From NCBI GenBank assembly GCA_010093815.1, contig ML996567.1: 64,000 nt of DNA; one strand, 5' to 3'. Below, piece by piece: positions 25,515-36,829 of this stretch. This stretch comes from Pseudovirgaria hyperparasitica (Eukaryota). The position numbers were made by a program, and so were the translations under genes. The notes beneath the pieces are model-generated. The model was not told the DNA's origin. It was given only the letters and a program-made list of their open reading frames with translations, and made no database searches. The stretch's first letter is position 1; each line of letters starts with the position of its first letter.

Positions 25515-26333
25515 ATGCTTCTCATCACACTCCTCTCCTCCAGCGCGCTCGCTCACGCCGCTGCCCTCGCATACCCAGCCGACCCACCACCACCACCATC
25601 CTCCACACCCACATCCACACCCTCCTCAATCTCATCCTCTCCCTCATCCTCACCCTCCTCCAAACCATCCTCCTCCTCCTCCTCCAAATCCACCCCCACC
25701 CCAAACCCCCAAAAACTCACGCACCCAACCCCCTACACCCCCTACGACACAAACACCTCCCCCCTCGACCCCCTCTGCACAAACCCAGACTCAAACACCA
25801 CAACCACCGCCTCCCCCCTCTGCCACACCCCCATCTGCGCCCTCTCCCCACTCAGCACACCCCGCCACGCCCCAACACACACCCACTGCGCCCTCGCCCT
25901 CGCCGGCATAGTACGCATCCCCGACGCCGTGAACGGCGAAGACGCATTCGCACGGCTAGACTACCTCAGCTGGGACACCGGAAACGGAAACGGAAACGGG
26001 GCAAACAGGACCTGCACGCCACAACTCGAAGCATATGGCGCGGACGCACGCAGCCGTGTGCCGTGGTGGCGGTTCAGTGCGTGTGGGGCGGGGGTGGATG
26101 TTGAGGGGGGTGCGGAGAGGGTGTATGTGCGTGGGGTGCGAGGGGGGCGTGTGGGGGGAGGGGTGACGGGGGATGTGAGGGTTGTGGTTGAGGAGGCGAG
26201 GGTGCGGAATTGCTGTTTGAATTTTGAGAGGGCTGTGGATGTGCCTGGGTGGCCGTTTTGTGGGTATGTGGATTATGCGTTTGAGGCGTGCTTGGATGAG
26301 GGGGAGGTGAGGGAGGGGATGAGGGTTGGGTGA
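25515..26333 (+). CDS. Putative secreted protein (272 aa) with Ser/Pro/Thr linker and 10 Cys; effector-like
   Basis: Signal-peptide-like MLLITLLSSSALAHAAALAYPA after an AAAATCATG start context. Ser/Pro-rich stalk, then a Cys-containing domain (RNCCLNF...PFCGY). Confidence 0.7.
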   Translation: MLLITLLSSSALAHAAALAYPADPPPPPSSTPTSTPSSISSSPSSSPSSKPSSSSSSKSTPTPNPQKLTHPTPYTPYDTNTSPLDPLCTNPDSNTTTTASPLCHTPICALSPLSTPRHAPTHTHCALALAGIVRIPDAVNGEDAFARLDYLSWDTGNGNGNGANRTCTPQLEAYGADARSRVPWWRFSACGAGVDVEGGAERVYVRGVRGGRVGGGVTGDVRVVVEEARVRNCCLNFERAVDVPGWPFCGYVDYAFEACLDEGEVREGMRVG

Positions 26334-26501
26334 ATCTTGGTTTTTTTTTTTTCTTCTTCTTCTAGGAAAAGGAGGGAGGGGAAGAGAGAGTCAGGGTGAA
26401 CGTTATTCACACTAAAGGGAGAATACCTCTAATTCTTTCAAAAAAAATTATATTCTCTTTAATGAATGTAGTATTAAGACTCTAGAAGATATTAGAGAAT
26501 C

Positions 26502-26639
26502 TATTAAGGATAGAGATGTCAAGTCTTAGTCAAGTATTAAATTAATTACTAGCTACTTCATAGAATCTACGGCTATCTATATCGGACCTTTAGTCCGTAG
26601 TTCTTACCGTTATTCGTCTCCTTATTACTTTCCGTAATA
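26502..26639 (-). repeat. 3' LTR of element A
   Basis: Near-identical to 47248..47385. Termini read TA..TA, the RIP product of TG..CA. Confidence 0.95.
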
Positions 26640-26999
26640 GCTACCTCTAATTAAATCGAAATAATAAATTAACTCGAAACGATAATATCTTCTATAACGA
26701 TACTAAAGTCCGTTACTCTAGTAGGCTTACTTTAATTAGATGCTTACGTAGATACTACGCGAGGTTACTTCCTAAGTATCGGTAGAAGTATTAATAGTAT
26801 TATTATAATATAGCTCTACGTTTCTCCGGTTCTTACGCGAAGATAGCTTCTATTACCTTTAGATTTATAGTAACTATCTAAAGCCTATTATAAACCTTAA
26901 GGAAAGCTTCGAATTAGTTATTAGGGTATTTAAATATATGATTTAGTACTATTCTTATTACTCTTATTTCTTTTATATTTATTTAATCCATTCGTAGTA

Positions 27000-29900
27000 T
27001 CGGTATAGCTATAGGGATCTAAGACCATTCGTACGTATTATCGTCTTTTCTTAGCTAATTTAAGTAAGTAGATTTAGCGGGAGTAGGAACTATAGGTATC
27101 GGAGTAATAACGGTTTCTATATTTATAGCCGCGGCGGCGCTTACGACGACGGTAGCGGCCGTAGTACTAGTAATAATGTTAATCTCTACGTTAGCTACGG
27201 CACTTATAATAACGTTAATATCTATATTAGTTACGGCATTAGTTTCTACTAGTAGCATAGTTTTAGTAGCGGCTTCTTCTATTTAGGAGTCTTCTATATT
27301 ATGGAATTCGTTTACTAACTCCGAGTTATTAGTATTCGCGAGCTTCGCGAATTACTACCTTTATTTCTTAAACTTATCCGAGACTACTTCTTTGTATATA
27401 ACTTCTATTAGATTATTATTTATATTAGTATCTAATTCTCTAACTTTAAGTAGCTTAATATCTAAGCTCGATCCCTTATCGTCTAAGAGCTTCTAGGCGT
27501 TTCGTTCTAGGAGTTCCTTAAACTAATACTCTAGCGTAGGAATTCTAGAAACTAGTATCTCTATCTAAATATTATCGAGTTTAGAATAGTAAATTATAAG
27601 TACTAGCGGCCGCTACTTTGTCGAAGAGCGTTTCGAAGGGTATTCTATTTCTATTAGAAGCTTTACGTAGTTTATCTTCTTTTATAGCGAGTAGGTACTC
27701 GAAGCTATCTTAAATATATTACTAGTACCTCCTAATGATTTCTTCGATATCTTATACGCCTACTTCTATAGTACGCTCTATGGTTTTCGTCACGCTATTA
27801 GGATATTATAGGTTTATAATTATCTCTATGAATCTTCGTATCTAGCCGGTAATTCTTAGTGTTTACCTAATTAATTCTTTCCTAGATAAAGTATCTACCG
27901 CGGGTGTAGTAGTTACCGCGGGCGTAGCTATTACTACGGGCGTAGCTATTTCTACTATTATAGCTATCTTCTATATAGCGATCTTTTATACTTCTACTAT
28001 AAACCTTTTTAGAGCCTCCCTTATAATATCTTTTATCTAAGCTTCTATCTCTTTCTCGTGGGCTAAGATAAGCGTGTTTATTTCCGCCTCTTATTAACTA
28101 ATAGCGTTTACGGTTAACGCGGCGGGAATTATAGTAGGTTAGATCGCGGGAATTAAGGTAGATCGTAGCTCCGTTAGCTCTATTAGGGTAGACGGAAGTT
28201 CTAACGACGTAGAAGCTACCTTAGATGCTATTATTTTAGTGGTAATCGACTTTACCTTCTTTACTATTTTAGCTTTCTTTACGGCGGTAGCTAGTATAGA
28301 TTTTATAATAGGGAGTAGAACCTTAATTACCTCTATTACCTTCGTGACTAGAGCCTGTATTTCTTCCGGTATCCTTAATTTAATAACGCCTTCGATTAGG
28401 TTTATCGGGACGTTTAAGGTAGATACTCCGGCCTTTGGTCCCTTAGCGATCTCTCTTACTAAAATGATTAGCCATACCTTATTAGTATTCGTGAATCCTT
28501 CGATTACGAAAAAGTTATCTATTTTATTAAAACTAGGTAGCGAGCTTATAGTAATAGTTTATATAGAGATAGTTTACGTAGAGGTTTTAGGCAGGGTTAA
28601 AGTATATCTACTAAGTAGGTGTCGTGGTAGGAGTTTATTAATTTTCCTACCCTATGTAATTCGATCTTCGCGGGAACCGTCTTAAATAATTATCGGTATA
28701 GTTACCTAGTCGTTCATAGTACCGTAATTTAAAGGATCTATAAACTATAGTATCTTTTTATAGGCTATGGCGAATTTCCGTGCGAGGTCTTTAAGAGAGA
28801 CTACTAAGATTAGCTATATACGCGCTATGTCTTCTATATATAGCGCGTGGACTTCTTTAAGTAGCTTTTCTTCTACTCCTTAACGCTAGTCTACTATTAC
28901 GCTCTCTATTAGGCCCTATTTTTAAACTAAGTCTTAGAGTATAACCTTATTTAATGGTATCTATAAGTGCACTTCACGGACGTTTTTTATAATTCTAGCC
29001 TTATCTTCTAGGGAACTTAGACGGTGGATTAACTAGAACTAGTATCCGGACGATTATAGTACTATTATATGGTTACCGTTAAGTCCTTTAAGGCGCTATA
29101 CGACGTGCTAGAATCTTATATATCTATAGAGAATGTATCGTTAGTATTCGTGTGCCACGAGCGTCGCTTCTTAATTATATTATAATTACTATATAATTAA
29201 GTCTAGAGGTCCTATTACCCATTCCTAGGCGATATCTCTTTACTACTAAGCTACGACGGTAACCTAAACTAATCCGTCCCTTCTTCGCCATGCGGCGTAG
29301 TACTAAATATTCTCGCTATTCAAACCTTATAGCTAAGATACTAGTATATTCCACGCGTGACTATAGTGGCTCCGGATTTCCTCTATGGTATCCATTACGA
29401 AGTATCATGCTAGAATCTACACATATTCTACTTAAGCTATTTCCTTTATAGAGTATCTATTACCTAGTTTTAAGAGCTACGCGATAATACTACTCTTAGA
29501 CGATTACTCTACCTCGAATCTCGTGCCTTTTAGGAGTATAACGGTGAAGTTCCATTCCTCGTCCACGGATATTATACTCTCCTCGAGTTCTTCGTTAGAA
29601 ACCGTAGCTAGAATCTTTATAAAGAATTCTTTTTACTTTAGAATGTATCTAATTTCGTCCATAGATACTAGAGCGAGTAAACCTAGGCGGAGGCGGTATG
29701 GATTTACTCCTAGGTCCGAAAATTCTAACTAATATTACCATATAACGACTGGTTCCTCCTCTTCTATTATGGGCGGCTTATATTTATAGTTAGAGTTAGA
29801 GATTATACTACCGTCGAGAATATTATAACGCATGGTACCGTGCCTCGTACTATACTTATCATGCGCCTTTTATTCGCCCTTCCTTATAATCTTAAGCTTA

Positions 29901-30895
29901 TTTTTTATCTTAATTATAATATAATATGGCACGGCGACATTTAGTAGTATGGTTAGACCTTTTAGATCCTACGTAACTCCCTTATCTTCCTTATATAGAA
30001 GGTTAATCCATCGAAGCTTATATAATACCATTTACGATATCTCTATGTTCGAACGATAAACCCCGTACTTTAGGAGAGAAGGGTCCTACTAGGTAGGATT
30101 CTTAATATTAGTATTAGTAAGAATCGGTCGCTCCTTATAGAGCACGTACTAACCGATAGTAAGATAGTAGAACTTTCTATTAACTATAACCGGCTTTCCT
30201 TTATTATCGTAGTATAAGTATCTATCTTTATAGGGAGGGTCTAGCTTTCGCGGTAGAATATAGAAATTATTACCTTCCTTTATTATAAAAGGCGATACTT
30301 TCTTTAAAGACTAAGTCTTCGATACTTAAAATAACGCTATAAATCTATTTATAATATCCTTCTAGTAAAAGATGTTATCGAGTTTCCTATAGAATATCAA
30401 TACCACGTAAATCTCGAGTTTATACTTATTAGAAAGGTAGATACCGTAAGTTAGCATCGTAAATCGGAGGCTCTTAACTATAATTCCTAAGGTAGAATAA
30501 TCATAGACTAGTTTTCGTTCGTTATATCTTCTATTAAAGCTTCCTTTTTATTCTACGTCGATTCTAATATACGCTTTATAGAATAGAAAGGTTTCTAATT
30601 ATATAGTTCCGATAATACCGCTTATTATTCCTTTTACGCGAGGGTGCTTTCTATATACCACTCGAGTTATAATAGGAACTATATTATATTTTAAGGCGGT
30701 AGGCTTCTTAATTAGTAACTTCTTACTCTTTATAGCCTTTCCTTTATTAATTTCGCTCGCTAAATAACCTCCGTTACCTTTATTTCCTTTTAGCTTTCAC
30801 TTATAACCTCTCTTAGTAACTGTTTTTAGCGGGGTTAAGGCGTTTTCCTTATCCGAGGTAACTTTAGCTTTATTATCTTTACTCTATACTATCTT
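27000..30895 (-). pseudogene. RIP-damaged extra long coding region (ORF3) of element A, function unknown
   Basis: The segments translated by hand across ~30895-27870 all fall in one frame with mostly TAA/TAG stops (RIP of CAA/CAG/TGG). A frame switch near 27800 continues into the 27055..27258 ORF. An in-frame 18-bp repeat lies at 27896..27949 (ATPVV/ATPAV/TTPAV). Confidence 0.65.
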
Positions 30896-31859
30896 TATAT
30901 ACTATAGATATAAGAGTAAGGAGGAATTAATAACTGTTTAAGATTATAGATAAAACTTATTAAGCTAGAGTCTCTGCGAGGTTAAGGTAGAGGATAGAAA
31001 GATAAGTTACGCGTTAAGTTAAGGATGAGTAAGTAGAAGGTAAATCGAGCTTAGCGGTAAGAGTATTCGCAAGCGTGACGTTACTATTACTACCTTCCTT
31101 TAATAGTAGGGTAAATTCTCCTTTTACTAAGATTATATCTACTAGTACTAGATTTACGTCGTTAAGAGGACTAATAGTAGTAAGTATAGCGATAATATTC
31201 TTAACTACTAAATAGTATTATATTCATTATCGTCGTCGTATATAGTAATATATTCCTACTAACGGATACTAAACGGTAGTCTATAGCATATACTTAATAG
31301 CCGATCGAGATATACATAGTAAGTAGGGCATTCTCGGATCCTAGTATTAATCTATATAGATATAGTACTATAAGATTACTCCTTCATCGTCCTTACGGAA
31401 TTCGTATTATAATATATTAAGAATTCGTTTAAGCTCGTGGGTATATGGTAATAATTAATGTTACTATGTTTTTATTCACGGATTCTATTCCTCTTAGACC
31501 GTTATACTATTTCGCTTACTATTACTATGAATGTTTAGGGAACATAATTATAGGAATAGTTATATACATAGGCGTAGTTTCGGTGAAGTGTGTTTTTTAG
31601 GTTAGGGACGTATCTAATATTAGATATAATACTTTAATGCTATTATACGTTTAACATTAGATACAATTCTTTTATTAATATAATTCTTTTATTACACGGT
31701 AGTACTTCTAAAGGGTAAACGCGAAAAGGAACGTATATATATAATTAATAATAATTCGGAATTATATCCATCTTAGGTAGGAACCTTTCGGTTTCTAACC
31801 TAAGCTAGAATTTCAACGCTATGCAAGAAACGCCTCTTAGTACTCAAGGCTATAAATTC

Positions 31860-34800
31860 CTTTTATCTAGGTCCTCTTTTATAGTTTCTTATCTCCGTTT
31901 TTAAGGTTAGATATATTATATTAAATTCCTCTCGAAGTTTGCGGGTATCTCTAAGGTCTTCTTTATTATACTATTAGTTATAAATTAGACCCTAGCCCTT
32001 CCATTTAACTAGGTACTATTTCTTCTTTATATTCTAATTCTAGTATCGGTCGAGAAACCTTTTAATTTCATAAGACGGATATTTATCTAGATCGTCTTCG
32101 GCGAAAACGCTAGGTAGTTCGTTAGTACCCTAGTTACGTCCGAATGGATCCGTGCCGGGCGGGTATAGTACTAGCTAGCTAACTAATACTACTAGGTGGA
32201 TTTTCACGCTCTCCGGAAGGTCGAGTTCGTACGTATTATTCCTAATATATTATAAAATTTTAAACGGACCGGTTCTCTAAATATCGAACTTTCTATTTAC
32301 GTGCCCGTGTACGCGGTAACCGTAGTATAATCGTAGATATACTTCGGCTCCGGGTTTTAGACGAAGAGGCTTATGCTTCTTATTATATCGGTACTTTATT
32401 ATAACCGCTACAAAGCTAGTAGCTTCGGCGGCTATTTCTCTATTCTTTAAACGGAGCGATTCATAATCTTTAGAAGGTAATTCATGTAGTACGTCCGCGC
32501 TATCTTTAACTTTAAAACCGTATAATTACTCGTTTAGAGATATACTAGTGGTTTCATTCGTAGCGTTATTCATGAAGCCTTATAGAAATGGTAAGTAGGT
32601 ATCCTAATCTTCGTCGGGATTCTTGGTAACTACGAAACGAATTCTAATCTCTACGGATTAGTTTATTCTCTCTACCTAGCCGTCTATTTATAGACGATAT
32701 ACGGCGGACATTAGAAATTTAACTCCTAGCATGCTAAAGACCTTTTACTAGAAGGCTGAAAGCCATCTTATATCCCTATCTAAAATGATTTTAGCCGGAA
32801 TTCCCTAATCGTGTTTAACGAGGTTTGGTAGAATTAGACTAGCCTATTCTTTAGCGCCCTAGTTAGTATATCCTAGAACGAGTAGTACTCGTTTAGTAGC
32901 TTTATAGGTAATAGGCGCTAGAGCGTCGTAACCGGTTACTATTTTAGGTAGGGCGGTAATAAGATCGAGGTATATGGTTCTAAATAGTACGTGCTAAGTT
33001 ACGATGGGAGTAAAACTCCTATATAGCTATTACCAAGAGGTCCTCGCCTTATTACATTACTTATAATATTTAATATAGGCCTTGACTTCTTTCGAAAGAT
33101 ATCGTACGTAGAAAGATATAGACACTCTCTTATAGAGTCTATTCTCGCCTTAATAGAAACTATGATCGTGAAGTACGTTAAAGATCTCGCTAAGAAGGGC
33201 ATGGGGAATACATAGCCTCTTACGATCGTTGCCACGATCGATATTATAAATCATACCGTCTTTTATAAAGAATTTTAGTCTATTTAGGGGTTATAATTTC
33301 CCTTTTAGTAGTAATTTCCCTTTAGAGAAGTTAACGTATATTAGTACGTTCTCGTCTCTATGTCGTAGAGTATCTTCCTTAATTAGTACTTCGCGTACTT
33401 TATTCCATGCCTTATCGTCTTTATAGACTTTTCGTAGACGATCCTTAAATTCATCTACCATTTTAATTAAGACTACGTGATAGACGTAGGTAAGTTTAGT
33501 AATTATCCCTTTATCGCTACCGATCGTAAAAGTCTATATAATCTTATCTAGTATATTACCTTCTACGGCTGGCGCCGTACTTATAAGCCTACTAAGAGCG
33601 TCTAGCATAATATAGTTCCTACTAGGGCAGTATCGGATATCGAGCTTATATTATAAGAGATATTAAGCTACTCGGATAAGACGGATATTCTTATAGTCGG
33701 CGGCTATGCTAGAGAGCTTCGTCTAATATATAATAGCCGTTATTATAGCATGGTCCGTGAATATAATAAACTATACTAATGATTTAACGAAGTGTTAAAG
33801 TTTAGTTACTAACTAAACTAGACCAGCCATTTTAAGTTCTATGGGCTAATAGTTTCGTTTAGTTACCGTGATAGCTTTACTAAGAAATAATATTAGTTAT
33901 ATTACTTCCTTTAGAAATAATTCTACCTAACGTAGCCATAACATTCTTAGGGGGTCGAGTAGATTGAGATTAGTCTCGTCGGGATCGATAGGATCGTTAA
34001 CCGGAACTAATAATATTACTAGATCTAGGTCCCCGTAAACGTGGTACATAAAGACTCTAAAGCCATACTCTTTTAAAGCGTCGACGTCTAGAAACGTACG
34101 TCTTGCCGGCTTATAGTAATAATAGAAGATCGGGTCATCCTATAGTCCTTATATAGCTTAAAATGATTTAATAAGTGCTTTAGTCTATAGAACTAGCCTT
34201 TTCGAGGCCTATACTTTTTACTAAGTCTTTTTACGAGAGGCATAGCGGAAGAGCTTAGTACTAGCTTTTAGTAACGGTAAGACTAACTATATATAGTATA
34301 GTAACTATCCTCATAGATATCCCGCCATTCCTAGATATCGTTTAAGCGCTATAGTATCTTTTAGGAACTATATTTCTTTTAGAGCTATAATTCTTTCTAC
34401 CTTTAAAGACAGTCCGAAGGCGTTAACTCTTTTTCCAAGGATTATAGTACTTAGATACCCGATAAACGTCTTGGTTACAGCGAGAGATATATTAAAGTTT
34501 AATAGTATACTCTATAGTTACCGTAAATAATGAATATACTCTTCGAATATCTTAGAGAAAACTACTATATCGTCTATATAGGCTTTTACCCATAGGAACT
34601 CTCGTAGAAGATTATCGAGTTCCCGCTACACGTGCTAGACTAAATTAACGTAGCCCATGGTAAGAACTTTCAGGTATTCTTAACCCCTATAGGTGTTTAC
34701 CGTAAATTACTCACGATTTTCTTCTCGTACTAACCATTAGTAGAATATACTTATAGCATCTATTATTATAATATAGTAGTAATCTCGGCTAGCCTAGAGC

Positions 34801-36548
34801 ATGTTATGTATTCTTATTAACGGGTAGGAATCTTTAACGGTAATTATATTAAGGCCTCTAATATTAATCACTACGCGTGGTTTCTATATCAGCCCATTTA
34901 TCTTTAGATTATAGACCTCTCTCTAGACGATAAAAACTAGGGAGCCGAATTAGATAGGCTTTTTACTCTAATCCATTTTGTCGTTATCGTAAAGCCCGTT
35001 AAAGGTTTTATTAATTACTTTACGGTCCCGAGGGCCGACGTTATATACTCTAGTATATAACTTCTTAAGTTCGCGCTAGTCCTCTATAAGGATAAGCTTT
35101 ACTTCCCTAGAGTTTACGATGGATTTTTTATCTTGCTATAACTCTATAAACTCTTTAATAAGTTCTTTATATTTTATAGCCTTCTCTTCCCTACTATAGA
35201 GTATTATTCCGTTTAGGAGACGAGTCTTAAGCTTAGAGTTAATATTCGCGGCTTCTAAGGGAGGAAGGGTAGCGAGGTCTACGTTAGTATCGGAGATTTA
35301 GTAGTATTCTATAATGTCTAGTTCGCGGATTTTACCGAGTACTATATTCCTTAGAATTATGAGTGTCTCGTTTCCGTCGTTCTTAATTATGATTCCTCTA
35401 CTACTAGAGTCGATAACTACCGTATACATTACGGCTTATCGCTTCCTAGTAGCGGAGAGGTACTCTTTCGTAGGTTTAAAAAGCATATCGCGATTATTTA
35501 GGAGGTTACGTATGTCTATAAGAACCACGCCTCTTAAATTAGGCTTAATAGATACTAAGTACTATGCTCTTACTATAACATTTAACTACTTCTTATATCT
35601 TAGGCGGACGCTTATAGGAGCTACCGTATTTTAGCCGTACGGAAAGGTAATCGTACGGTTTTAAACTTTAATGTCCATTTCTTCTAGACTAATGGTATCT
35701 ATACCTATTAGTAGTTTTAGTACTAGGTTTTTAATAATACGTGCTTCGCATTTAATAGTAACCGCGATATTAGTTCCTTCTACGGTAGTAGGTACCGTAA
35801 GTATTATTTTAACGGACTCGTTACTATTATAAACCTTATTACCAATACCCATAACTACTATTAGATGCATGAGTTTCGTGATATGCTTTTTATAATCTAG
35901 TAGGACTATGGCTAGCTAGTTTCTATCTACGAGACTTAGCTTTACTCCGGTATCTACGATTATTTATTTAGACTCTATGGTCCCGTTTAATATTACGTTT
36001 ATTATAATATAGTTCTAATAACGAAAGCGGTGGCCTTTCGTTCCTATCCTTTTTACGGTACTCTTAATAACTCGTGGTACTAGTAGAGGCGACGGAAACT
36101 CGTCTACCATGTATATATAATCCACTAGCTTCTTCGGATGCTTTTCCGTAATATACTAATATAGCTTATTATTAGAAGGATACTTTTATCCATAGACGCG
36201 ATAGTTCCTTGCTATAGTCCTTTTACTCTTCTACGGTTTCTTAAGCGATAGTACCGGTAGAGTCTTAACTTCCTTAGTTCTTACGAAGAAAACTCTAGCT
36301 AACTTCTTATAAGGTTCCTCGTCCGACTAGCTTTCTTTAGCTTACTCTTAAGCTTATCTACCCTAATCTTCGTCCGGCGAGTCTTCTTTATTTTATAATC
36401 CTTCTTAATTAAGAAACTCTACTAGAATGGTATTATAATAGGCGCGTTACGGCTTTATATAAGGTTGCCTCTCGACTTATATAGAAGTCGTCGTGGTCTT
36501 TTTAAAACTCTTTAGCTAATACTTACTATTCCCTTTATATAGGCGACG
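31860..36548 (-). pseudogene. Element A gag C-terminus and pol (protease, RT, RNase H, integrase, chromodomain)
   Basis: IVDTGVKLSLVD (~35950), KAYIDDIVVFS (~34575), FLDVDALKEYGF (~34080), DG*VERIN* (~32670), GPFKI...YELDLP...IH (~32240) and YLVKWKG (~32010). Confidence 0.92.
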
Positions 36549-36829
36549 GTCTCTATTAGGACGGGAACTATAATAGACCTATATAGACCATTCTAATCCA
36601 TGCAGCCACGTAGTGGCCAGAGCTAGGTTAAGTTAGCTAAGTTAAGCGAGGTTACTATATAAGTAGACCGTATAAACCAATTCCTACTCATTAGGAATCA
36701 ACCTTATATAAGAGTAAGATTACTCTATAAATACATTCCTATATCTCTCTATAAACTATTAGACTACTATCCCACGTCTTTACTCTTTATATTTTAATTC
36801 CTCTCTATATAGTACGACGGTAGCTTATA

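Noticed and set aside
25083..26104. QTDR/LSVC repeat ORFs and the Pro/His-rich ORFs 25330..25911 and 25370..26104
   Set aside because: Translations of the microsatellite and alternative frames of the C-rich secreted gene.
27000..30895. Calling ORF3 of element A an env gene
   Set aside because: The position fits, but I see no signal peptide, furin site or transmembrane anchor; apparent Ile/Leu richness is inflated by RIP.
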